From Cycas panzhihuaensis (lineage: Eukaryota > Plantae > Cycadophyta), in NCBI GenBank assembly GCA_023213395.1, contig CM041465.1:180799741-180863740 (forward strand): a stretch of 64,000 nt of DNA, written 5' to 3'. Below, piece after piece: positions 1 through 11,629 of this stretch. The notes below the pieces were generated by a model. That model saw nothing but the letters and a program-made list of their open reading frames with translations. It did not search any database and was not told the DNA's origin. Every line of letters starts with the position of its first letter. The stretch's first letter is position 1. A program made the translations under genes and the position numbers.

Positions 1-918
1 CGTTGTGGGCTTAAATTGGCTATTAGATAATGAAAATATGAAGTTGAAGTGATAAAAAATAAGGTAGGTTAATATTTCAAAGTTTTTGTCTTCTTATTGG
101 TTAAACTTGAGTATGAGAGAGCTATAGTAGGTTGTAGAGTTCCACGATACATTCAAAATGACTAGTGGGAGACCTAAAGATAGACACCATACGTGAAAGA
201 TATGGTAAATTCAATTTAGTTACTATTTTTCCTAGTTGTAATCTAGATTGGACTAGCTCAGTCATAATCTAGATTATGACTAACCTGGTCACAATCTCAA
301 TGGCCCATTGTGATCATTATTTTACAAGTGGTGGAAATTAATGACAAAAGTGAAATTTTCTTAACTTTTAGGTTAATGATCTTAAAATTAACTTGGGGGA
401 CATTTATAGCATAAAAATTAGAGGTTGCTAAACCCATTTATTACTTCACAGAGGTGGTAAAGAGACTTTGCTTGCTTAGAAGACCCACAATGGAACAAAG
501 ACTAGTATATAGTTGCAAGTCCCTAAACCTATGGGTTGTAGGTTCATGCACTAGATAGGATTTTGTATTGTCTACATTCAAACTAAATTATGCATAAGTT
601 TTCATTTAGTGCTTACTTCTTTTCTATTTAGTCTCTCTTAGATAGGACCTCATCCAACTAGAGAAGTGATCAATTTGTTATGAGTTGGATTTCACCCCTA
701 ATCATTACACTAATCTTGCACCTGAGGATTGAGCTTGTCTCGTTGTATTCTAAGTGACTTAGTGGTGGGTAATTATCCTAACTACATGTAGTCAAGAGAC
801 TTGAGTTAGTATTATTCAACTCATTAAGAGCAAGTTTATCTTGCCTCCTTCTCCTCTAAGAAGTTTAAGACTATTTGGAGTTAGACATGAGAATCCCTAG
901 GCTTTACATACTTAGGAC

Positions 919-1272
919 TATTAACGTAGTAGTTGGTTGTTAAGATACTAAGTTAATGTTAATGCGGTTTAACTAATGGTGATTAGCAAAAATGTGTGAA
1001 ATATTTGGAGGGTCACAACCTTTATAGGGTGACACTTCTTGAAAGAATATATAATCCTTGAGCCCTTGTGTATTCAATGTATCAAATCATTGTGAAGTAA
1101 TCAATGTGATCCAGAAGGATCTTTTGTTGTGGGTTTTTTCTCAAAAGGGTTTCCCATGTAGATCCTATATATTGTGCATCTATATTCTGTGTGTATATTT
1201 TGTTTGCTTAATGTGTATGGTTAAAGATTCTATAGATGGGAACATACATATATGATTTCATATTCTTGAATA
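919..1272 (+). repeat. 5' LTR of copia A
   Basis: Aligns end-to-end with 7559-7913 (e.g. CTAAGTTAATGTTAAT, CCTTGAGCCCTTGTGTATTCA, GGTTAAAGATTCTATAGATG); termini TA..TA (eroded TG..CA); PBS follows directly. Confidence 0.9.
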
Positions 1273-1284
1273 TGGTATCAGAGA
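1273..1284 (+). other. Primer-binding site (tRNA-iMet) of A
   Basis: TGGTATCAGAGA directly after the LTR. Confidence 0.9.
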
Positions 1285-2636
1285 TATAGGGTCCTACATA
1301 ACTAAGGCTAAAAATTAGGTGGAGTAGTGAGATCATTGGTTGCTAGGTAAAGTCGTCAAACCTAAGGGAAGTCTTGAGAGTCCATCAACTCCAACAATGT
1401 GCAGAAATAGGCACAACAGATTAGTGGTGGTTGAAGCAGTGAAAATCACTAATCAACGAAGAATAAAGGTCAGTTGCAATGAATATTTAGTCATGTAAGC
1501 CATGAACATAGAAAGAGGTGGATTGTTGGGGGTCATCTAAAACTGGTTAGTAAATAAACATATCATTAGAGCCAATAGAAACACATGCTAATGGAGATCA
1601 AATAATATTGAGGACAACCACAATTTAATACATGTAAGTTAGTATGTTTCTCAACAAAAGCACTATAAATTTCAATGAAAATAAGCTTGTTTTATTATCT
1701 TTTACTATCAAATCTCCTCTTTTATACCTGTAGACATGATTGGATCTAAGTACTGGTGTTTTTCTATCCTATATGAGTGCTAGATTGAGTGTATAGTAGT
1801 AGAAGTCACAGTTATAACATCAAAACCCATTATCATTGAGACATGGAGCCTTTACTTGAGTTTAGACTTTACTTACTGACTATATACTTGGAGTAAGCAT
1901 GTTTAAGGGTAGGCTAGGCTCCATTTATTATGGCTAGCCTAGTTTTTTAGTGTTCTTACCAGTCGTAAGGATGGGAGGAAGGTTGCCAACCTACACTTAT
2001 TGTGCGGCTACCATTCCCCATCATGTGGCTGCCACAACTTGTGTGTGACTATGAGGAGTAAGAAAGAGATAAAATGTCATATGTTTTGATATATTCAAAC
2101 CTTTGAAACCTTAGTTAAAACTTAATACATATGAATAAGTGATTTTTAGCATGTGCATTTAGTAATACAAGCTGTTGATTGACCAAAAAGTTGCAACTCT
2201 TACAATATACCTTTTGGTATATTCTCTTTAACATAACTTTATAAAAGAGCCCTTTTACCATTCATATCATATGATATTTTCATAGTATGAAGTATTCTTA
2301 AGCCATTTTGAGTTTAGATCAAGGACCATTTTTGTGTTTTTAGCTTGAAGATTGTGCCCTACTATTGTGAGAAGAAATTCTCAGTTGTTGGAGTAAAGTC
2401 TTGAATATTTCAAGTGATTTTTTAAGGCTTTTTTGCACACTTTTGAGAATGTTTTGAGGCTATTTGTGAAGGAAGAATAGTCGGTGAGTCACACAGAGCA
2501 TGCATATTTGGTATTTTGTGTAACCTTAGTATGTGTACTTAATCTAGAGGAGACCACAATGGTGCACTTTTATCCAGGAGGTCTTTTAGATAATTTTTTG
2601 GTATTATTTGACTCGTATTAGAGCCTATTTCTCGAG

Positions 2637-5600
2637 ATGGAGTGCATCATGCTAAAAGTTATCCTCAACAATAATAATTTAGTGAGTGAAAGGCCAACAT
2701 AGAGCTAATATTAATTATGAATCAACTTTGGGGTATCACTAAGGCAAAGGTGGACATGACTCCACTAGATCATAAAGAGCGAGTCTAACTCAAAGAAAAG
2801 AAATTTATGGCCATGGGATTATTAAAACTATCACTAGCACTAGACTAGAGAGCCTTGGCTCACAATCTCGATGAACTAGATGAAATTTAGATAAAATTAT
2901 GTGATAATTTTGAGGAAAAAAAGACGAACAGATATCTTGCTCTGATGTTGGAGTTACTTAATTCATGTATGGAAGATGAGAACAACATCAGTTCTTACCT
3001 GAACAAGATTACAAACTTGAAGAATAAGCTAGAAGAACTAAAATAGAATTCAATCGATGATGTGTTATTATTCACAATAATTACGTTGAAGCTACCTGCT
3101 GCCTTTGCCACTTTTTAGACCATATGTAGTAGAGATGAGGTGATGGAGGCAGAAACTTTTGATGGTCTTAAAAACCTTATTCTAGCAGAGGATATCAAGC
3201 TTAAACATCATGGAATGCTTAGAGGCTTTGAATCAAGTTAGGCCCTAGCCATGAAGACTTAGAGGAAGGAGGTCACTTAGGAGGAGAAGTTCACACAGAG
3301 ATCTAGAGAAAGTTCATAGAAAAAGAAAAAATTCAATGGAAAATATAATTAATGTAAAAAGGATGGTCACAGGGAGAAGAACTATTAGCTCAAAAGATGT
3401 GATAAGTATAAAGTAAGCTAGGATGATAAAGGGAAGAGTATTACTGCTTATTGCATTAGGGCAAAAACCTTATCAATCGAATCTGATTAGAGAGATTATT
3501 AGATTCTTAACTCTAGTGTACAAAAGTATATCTCTTACTAGAACCACAACTTTGATATGATGAATAAAAATCATAGATATGTCAAAGTAGTCCTTGGAGA
3601 TACTTATGTATTATCGATGGAAGGTATCAATGAAGTATCATTGCAGGCAATAAATTCACTAAGGTATACTATATACCCAAGATGCAGTTGAACCTTCTTA
3701 TAGGTCAGGAGATCTACAAACAAGGTATAAAGGTGGAGCTATACCATGATAGATTCCTGATTAAGGATCCGAAATAGAATTTCTCTATCATTGTTACTAG
3801 GATCTTACAAATAGACATCTTACTTTGATGTTGGAGTTATTCATTTCATGTGTGGAAGATAATAACATCAACTCCTACCTAAACAAGATCATAGACTTGA
3901 AGAATAAGTTAGAAGAACTGAAGCAGAATTTGATCAATGATGCATTGTTATTCATGATAATCATGTTGAAGCTATGAGCTACATTTTCCACTTTTCAAAT
4001 AATTTACGGTAGATATGAGGTGATGGAGACAAAGACCTTTGATGGGCTAAAAACTGAATTCTAACGGAGGATGCCAAGCTTAAACATCATGGTATGCTTA
4101 GAGGTTCTAAATCAAGTCAGGGCCTAGCCATGAAGACTTAGAGGAAGGAGGTTGTTAAGGAGGAGAAGATCATATAGAGTTTAGGAGAAAGTTCACAAGA
4201 TAAGAAAAAGTGCAACGAAAAATGTAATTACTGCAAGAAGGATGATCACTGAGAGAAGAATTGTTGGTTCAAAAGATATGACAAACATAAAGTAAGCTAG
4301 GATGATAAAGGAATGAGTGTTGCTGCTTATTACATCAGAGAAAAAGCCTTATCGACTAAGTTAGATCAGAGAGATTATTGGGTGCTTGACTCTAGAGCGT
4401 AGAAGCATATCTCCTACTAGAAGCACAACTTTGATACGATGAATAAAAATCAGAGTGGTATAGAGATTATCCTTAGAGATGCTCATGTTTTGCTAATGGA
4501 ATGTATCAACAAAGTATCCATTGTAGAAGGTAAGTTTACTGGGGTATACTATGTACCCAAGATGTAGTTAAATCTTCTTTCAACCTGGGAAATCTGTAAA
4601 CAAGGCATGAAGGTGGAGCTTTACAATGGTAAATGCCTAATTAAGGATTCGAAGCAGAACTTCTTAGTCATTATTACTAGAAAAGTTAAAGACAACTTTT
4701 GGGTGTTTGAAAATTTTTAATCTCAAAAAAAGTCTTATGCCTTTATCACTAACGTTGATGATGTGAGTAGACTTTGGCATAATTGCTTAGGACACCTTAA
4801 CTATAGAAGCATTGCACTGCTAAAGAGGTTAAAGATGGTGGAAGGATTGCCATCAATTTCTTGCTCAGATGGTGTTTGGAAAAGGTGTATGCATGAGAAG
4901 CGTCACCACTACCCTTTTGCTTGGGAGAATACCTGGAGAGCTAAGGAAACGTTAGAGCTTATATATTCATATATAATGGGTCCTCTCCCAAACCTTTTGA
5001 TATCAAAAACTTGTTATACCCTTGTGTTTGTAGATGATTACACCAAGAAGGTCTAGGTTTACTTTGTAAAAAACAAGTTAGATGTGTTCGATCGCTTTCA
5101 TGACTAGAAAGTGATGGTAGAAAATGAATGTGATAAGAAGATTAAATCTTTAAGAAGTGATAAGATAAGGAATATGACAACCATATGTTTAATTAATTCT
5201 ATTGTGATTATGGTATAAAGCAAGAATTTATAGTCTTGTACACTCCATAATAGAATAGAGTTGTTGAAAGAAAGAACCCTACCATGATGGAGATGGCGAG
5301 GTGTATAGTGCACATTAAAAATCTACCATTGATGTTTTGGGTAGAGGCTATGGCAACTGCTGTGTATATTCTAAATCAAGTACCCACTTAAACAATTCGA
5401 AGCATGACCCCCGACGAGAAATAGACTAGTCAAAATCCTATTATTAGACATTTAAAAACTTTTAAGTATATTAAATATGCCTACATCCCCGATGATACTA
5501 GTAAGAAGTTGGATCAAAAGAGTCTAAAGTGCATATTCATGGGGTATTATGATTAGAATAAAGCTTACAAATTATGGGATCCATAGGGAAAGAAGAGTGT

Positions 5601-7459
5601 AGTTAGTTAGGATATAAAATTTGATGAGTCGTCAATGTATTGTGCTAAAAGATCATCAAAGGAGCCTTTTTACCCCTTACTTCTCCCATTCTTAGATTCA
5701 TCAAGTAAAGAGGACAATAAGCCAATCATTGGAACACCTAAGGAAGTAGGACCAAGTGGGATGAGTAATAGTGAGGAGACATTATAAGAAGAAGTACCTC
5801 TAGCAATGGGTCCTTCTATTCCTTTATGGGTAAGGAAAACTATCGAAGATTCTGGTGTAGCAATGTAAACCTTGACTGATGATAGAAGAATAAGAAGTCA
5901 GCATGCTAGTTGAACTCTGCTGGTAGAGACCAACAACTCCAATTATCTTAATTCATTTGAAGAGGAAAAAGGAGATCCATGTTGGAAAGCTGCAATGGAG
6001 GAAGAGTATAATTCACTGATGAAGAACGATACGTGGGATTTAGTTCTTCTTACCTAAATAAAGAACCTTGTTAGATGTAAGTGGGTCTATAAGATGAAGT
6101 TCTGTTCCAATGGAAAGGTGGATAAGTACAAGGCCAGACTTATCACTTAAAGTTTCAATAAAAAAGATGAAATTAACTATGAGGAGATATTTGCACCAAT
6201 CTCTAGAATGACAATGATCTGATTGATCATTTCCTTAGTAGCTGCTTACATTTGGGAGTTATACCAGATGGACTCCAAGTCTTTGTTCCTTAATAAAGAT
6301 CTAAAGGAGGAGATATATATGCCGTAACTTGTAGGATTCGTTGAGGAGGGCCAAGAGCATCTTATTTATCAATTAAAGAAATCAATCTATAGCCTGAAAC
6401 AAGTACCCCATGCTTGGTATCAGAAAATGGATGCTAAGTTAAAAGATGAAGGTTTTGAGATTTCTGAACTTGACTCGAATTTGTATGTGAAAAGGAAGGG
6501 GACTTTAATAGTTGCTTGTGTGATATATGTGGATGATTTAATCATTGATGATAACTATGGCAAGACTATAGTAGAAGCCAAGTGCAATTTAAGAATTTTT
6601 TTTGACATGATAGATCTCAAGAGACTTCATTATTTCTTAGGCATTCAAATTAAGGAGATGGATGATAGGATCATGTTGCTGCAATTACAATATGTGAAGA
6701 ACCTACTAGATAAGTTTGGAATGTAGAATTGCAACACCATCTGTAAAAGGTGCAAGGTTGCAAAAAGATATGGCCAAACCATCTTAGATGGAATGAAGTA
6801 TCACCAATTAGTAGGAAGTTGATTAACTTGACTCATACCAAGCTATATATCACATACACTATTGGATTGGTTTCCCGCTACATAAAAAATCCTTAGGAGC
6901 CTCATTTGGTTGTAGTTAAGTGGATTCTGTAATACCTTAAGGGAATAATCAATCTTAGTCTTGAATACCATTAAGGTTAGGAGATAAGGTTGCATAGCTA
7001 CACTTATGCTAATTAGAGAGGAGACTCAGATGATTAGAAGTCCACTACTTATTACCTATTTATTATTGGTAACAGATTTATTTTGTTGCATTTGAAGAAG
7101 CAACAAATAGTGGGGTTGTCTTCTACAAAGGTAAAATATCAAGGACTCAGTACGGGTGCAAAGGAAGTAGTATGGTTGCAAGGTCTTTTGGAGTTTCTTA
7201 GAGTTTCTAATAGACATCTAATTATCTTTGTTAATAATTAGAGTACCATTCACCTATCCTACAATCTAGAGTTTCATGTGTGTATGAAGTATATTAAGAT
7301 TCAGTACCATTACATATGTGAATAGATCAAGTCAAAGAAGTTGCAAGTCGACTACTATTTGAGTGAATTCTATCCTGCAGATGTGTTTATCAAGCCACTT
7401 ACTGAAGATCAATTGATAAAGATGTGTACCAGATTAGGACTCGCTGATGTTATCTTTAA
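2637..7459 (+). pseudogene. copia gag-pol of A, many stops and frameshifts
   Basis: Zn knuckle CNYCKKDDH..C (~4222); GAG-pre-integrase/INT ORF 4763-5056; RT ORF 6427-6726; RNase H ~7000-7440. Confidence 0.9.
2930..4680 (+). repeat. ~880-bp diverged tandem duplication of gag C-term + protease in A (units ~2930-3800 and ~3812-4680)
   Basis: Shared blocks such as CTTGAAGAATAAG.TAGAAGAACT, CCTAGCCATGAAGACTTAGAGGAAGGAGG, AAAGTAAGCTAGGATGATAAAGG, TATACTAT.TACCCAAGATG occur twice ~880 bp apart. Confidence 0.92.
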
Positions 7460-7558
7460 GGGGGGATGTATCGACAAGGATAAAGAAGTTGTAGGATAGT
7501 CCCATCCTTTATGATAACACAATTGCTATGGGTTTTCCACATTCACATTAAGGGGGGA

Positions 7559-7913
7559 TATTAATATGGTAATTATTTATTAAGCCACTAAGTTAATGTT
7601 AATATGGTTTAATTAAGGTGATTATGCAAAAATGTGGGAGTTATTCAGAGGGTTACAACTTTATTTGGGTAATACCTCTTGGAAGAGTATAAAATCCTTG
7701 AGCCCTTGTGTATTCATTCTATCAAATTATTGTGGAATAATAAATGTGATCTAGAAGGATCTTCGGTGGTGGGTTTTTTCTCGAAAAAATTTTCCCATAT
7801 AAATCATGTGTACTATGCATTTATATTCTATGTGTATGCATTTGTTGCTTATTGTGTATGGTTAAAGATTCTATAGATGAGAACATACCTATATGATTTC
7901 ATGTTCCCAAACA
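7559..7913 (+). repeat. 3' LTR of copia A
   Basis: Preceded by PPT AAGGGGGGA (7550-7558); ends ...CCCAAACA. Confidence 0.9.
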
Positions 7914-8233
7914 CTCTCCCTTTCATATATTCTATACTATCTTGAATAAAAAATTTATTTGATTGGGTATAGCTGTTATATGCTTTAATTTAGTTAAATT
8001 TTTACTTTTATGTTCATACCTAATATTTGTATTTATCAACATGATTTTTATTTATTTTACATATAGATACATGTTATACACTATACATATTATCTGAAGG
8101 TTCCCTCAGTAACAAATTAATTCTAACTTATCCCAAATTTTTAATGTAAATTTCTTGAGAACACTACACATACTAGTTTTTTGTGCTTTTTTATTTATCA
8201 GTTACTATAAAGGCACAAAAAATATAGGTAATA
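7914..8233 (+). repeat. Surviving 3' part of the 5' LTR of gypsy B
   Basis: Matches 22303-22690 (TTTAATTTAGTTAAATTTT, CATATTATCT.AAGG, AACAAATTAATT, TTATCAGTTACTA.AAAGGCA..AAAAAT.TAGGTAATA). Confidence 0.85.
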
Positions 8234-8889
8234 GTCTTGGTGACCATACTAAGAAGGCCTCCTTTCCAACCTTTTACTTATTTATTTTATTTATGCATCA
8301 AGTCTCTCCCCATCTTTAACACCCACATAGTATAGTTGGCTCTTTCAATTTAGATCCTTTTAGAGAACCATATGCCTACCAAGAGAAGTCTTAGGGCTTA
8401 GAAGAAGTGTTAGGATTAGTAATGTAACAAGCATATCAAACCCTAATGGTAAGCAACAAAAAGATGAAGTATATACAGAATAGACACCATGTTGGAGAAT
8501 TGACCAAAACTCAATTATGAATAAATAAGAGTACATACTTATAGTACAACCTCACCACTAGAGAGAGAACCCCATTGGACTACTTAGAGGTGGCACACAT
8601 ATCAAGGTGGCCCACAACTCTAATATAAAATACAAAGTATAGAGAGAGTTTACATAGGGCTAATGGAATTAAGTATTTATCAGTTACTATAAAGGCACAA
8701 AAGATATAGGTAATAGTCTTGGTGACCATACTAAGAAGGCCTCCTTTCCAACTTTTTACTTATTTCTTTTATTTATGCATCAAGTCTCTCCCCATCTTTA
8801 ACACTCACATAGTATAGTTAGCTCTTTCAATTTAGATCCTTTTAGAGAACCATATGCCTACCAAGAGAAGGCTTAGGGCTTAGAAGAAG
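8192..8889 (+). repeat. 216-bp near-identical direct repeat (8192-8407 and 8674-8889) flanking a 266-bp foreign LTR-like fragment
   Basis: About 6 substitutions between copies by eye; spacer 8408-8673 starts TGTTAGG; each copy has B's LTR end and PBS. Confidence 0.93.
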
Positions 8890-9059
8890 AACCTCTTTAC
8901 TCCCATTTTAAGATAAAGCCTAAGGATATTTTAGGTCCATTGATCTACTTTCCAAAGTATAAAATTAAAAGAAACCAGACACTTCAACTCGAAAGACCTT
9001 TCTGTTACTAAGAGAGAGAGCTTCATTCAGAGATGAGAAATTAAAGTGCTTATAGGAAC

Positions 9060-10820
9060 TTAGAATAGTAGAGGAAAGACAGCCTTCCCTTGTTACAAGG
9101 AAGTCTAATAAACCTTATAGATGACTTACATGACATCCTGGATAAAGCATAGGTCACCATACCCAAGTTTAGTATAGAAAAGTCTCACTTAACTAGTGAA
9201 CAACATATTAAGGCCTTCTTAAACAAATCTAACAAAATCAATATTTATTGTCCTAGCATTATAGTTCAACTACTTATTCACATGCTTGAGGGTGAAGCTT
9301 CTTGATGGTACCAATCCTTGCCTAATGCCTCCATCTATAGATGGAAGTAACTAATGAAGGTTTTCAAGGTCAAATAGTTTTTGAAAAAGACTATAGCTAC
9401 ATTACTTAAAGAGTTCTATGATATTAAGAAATGAGCCAAATAATATTCCCAAGAATACATCGAGAATTTGTCTAAGCTCCTCAAAAGAATTAATCTTAAC
9501 TTTTAATTGATAAAGGATTGTCTAATTAAATGGTACATTAAGGGCCTAGATAATGGAATTAGGCTACTTATATTCCATAAGTTGTTATGTGACCTTGAGG
9601 AAGTTGTAAGTTTATACTTGAAAATTAAATCAATAAAAGCCCAATATGGATTGACATCTTCTTCCTAAGGAGATGTCCTACCTTCTAAAATAAAAAGGAA
9701 AAATGTGGTCCTTAAGACTACTCCAACTGTATTATCCAAAATGGATCCTCATATATATGTAGTATATAAAATAATCTAGAATAGAAGATGCTTAAAGGTA
9801 AGGATATTCAAAATCAATAACTAGAAATTATCCTAAAGGTACTAGAAGAAGAAGTTCCTCTTATAAACATTGAGGATATATTTCTAGATGATTTGGTCGA
9901 TGAGGCATTTGTTAGATACAAAGACTTATCTCTCAATGAACCTATCCTGGAAGGATCAACTTTGTGTACCCAATTTCCTTTCCTATATCTAAAGATGCCT
10001 AACTTTGAAGAGGAATAGAATCCTAAATGGGCATACAAAGGGGCAGTTGGAGTTACTTAAGCTCAAGCTACTTGAACTGCTCAAGATCCTAATCAAGGAT
10101 ATTAGAATAATATTTCCCTAAGACCACCCATCAATACACTTCTTAATTCTAGTAACCTTCTTAAGAATGGGCCTCCTAGGAAATTTTTAAATACTTAAGG
10201 TTCCTATATTATAATCCTAGTCTCCTTTCAAATAAACCTTTTAAGGAATAAGATTTCATGAACGATTTAGCTAGGTATCCAGCTAATATTAACATTGCCT
10301 AAGTCCTCACTCTTCTTAACCAAAGTGCTAAGATGATTTATCCTTTAAAAAATAAGGAGCAAATACTAAAGGCCCCCATATTAAGAATCCATATGGTAAT
10401 TATATCTATGGTTGAAAGTTGTCCTCTTCTATCCTTGTCAAATCTTGATCCATTTTATATTTCACTCAGGATACATGATATATATATTTTGCATAACTTC
10501 GTTATAAACTCTAGAGCAATGTATAACCTAATGTCTTATGCCATCATGAAAACTCTAAATTTAGAATGTGTTGAATTAGTCTAATATGTTCATGGTTTTG
10601 ATGGTGAATCTACTACCATAATTAAAATCATTAAGGATTTGGTGGTAAATGTAGTTGTCAATCCTTAAGTAGTTGATGTTATCAAAATAGTGATGGTTAA
10701 TGTAAAACCCTTTTATGGTATGCTCTTAGATAGACAATATTTTATAAATATTAGTATTGTACTTAATACCTACATGTCCATCATCACTTTTCCCATTGGA
10801 AAAGATTTAGTTTAGATCTC
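9060..10820 (+). pseudogene. gag and aspartic protease remnants of gypsy B
   Basis: WYQSLPNASIYRW gag motif (~9306); PFYISLRIHDIYILHNFVINSRAMYNLMS (eroded D-S-G-A protease site) in ORF 10333-10584. Confidence 0.8.
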
Positions 10821-10912
10821 ATGAGAGGACCGACTATAAAGACATATTGAATACCTTAGAGAGGATACATCAAAGTGCCCATTTGATCCTTTTGGATTAG
10901 GAACCTATATAG

Positions 10913-11572
10913 TGTTGAGAAGACAAGGTCCTAATAACCTTAAATTACCACCAAGATCTGAACTATTTTGCAACTAGTTACAAGAATAGAAACTAAAATT
11001 TAACATGTAAGTTTTTAAACTAGAGCTAATACAATAAAATGAATAAGAAAGATAGGCATCACATAAACACATGATATAACATCATAAAACCCTGGCAGTG
11101 TGCTAGGGAAACATCCATATAGGAAAGGTATCGATCTTTATTATCAAAGAATGGAGAAATGTATACACTCTGTAGTAGAATGCTCACAGCAATAACAAGT
11201 GGTTACCCAACTCCTCGTAGTACATCCAATACATCGAACACCATCAACATAATGAAAAAACACCCTAAATCGGGCTATATGAGAGAGTTATACAAGGCAC
11301 AAATCTCGACCATAGCATCTAGGGTATTTTGAGTGAACAACCTTGATTCTCTTTATAATTTAATATGCTTTTTAGTGCTAGCCTTTTTAGGGTTGGGGGC
11401 TATCGCCCCTGAACCCTATCTTTACAAGGGTCATTCCAATACCCCCCATAACCCCTGGCCAAGGGGGGATCTTGCCCCCCTTAGAACTCCCCAAGGAAGT
11501 TTGGAGGGGAAATCACACTGCCAACCTATCAAAATTTTAACCTCTAAAACATTATTGTCACATTATCTAATA
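10913..11572 (-). repeat. 3' LTR of copia C
   Basis: Colinear with 15617-16278; begins TGTTGAGAAGACAAGG. Confidence 0.95.
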
Positions 11573-11629
11573 ATCTCTACGTTGACAACAATTTACCTGA
11601 TACCTTTCATGGACCATTCATCACCTTTT

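Larger units (their letters stand above)
919..7913 (+). mobile_element. Element A: degenerate Ty1/copia LTR retrotransposon (duplicated gag segment, no matching TSD)
   Basis: LTR pair 919-1272 / 7559-7913; PBS TGGTATCAGAG at 1273; PPT before 3' LTR; gag-PR-INT-RT-RH order (LWHNCLGHLN, FVDDYTKKV, IYVDDLII). Flanks AGGAC / CTCTC do not match. Confidence 0.93.

Noticed and set aside
1-918. Missing 5' part of B's LTR
   Set aside because: No visible alignment to 20500-22300; left unclassified.
1058-1255. Similar hydrophobic 65-aa ORFs at 1058 and 7679
   Set aside because: Both lie in A's LTRs; similarity reflects LTR duplication and T-richness.
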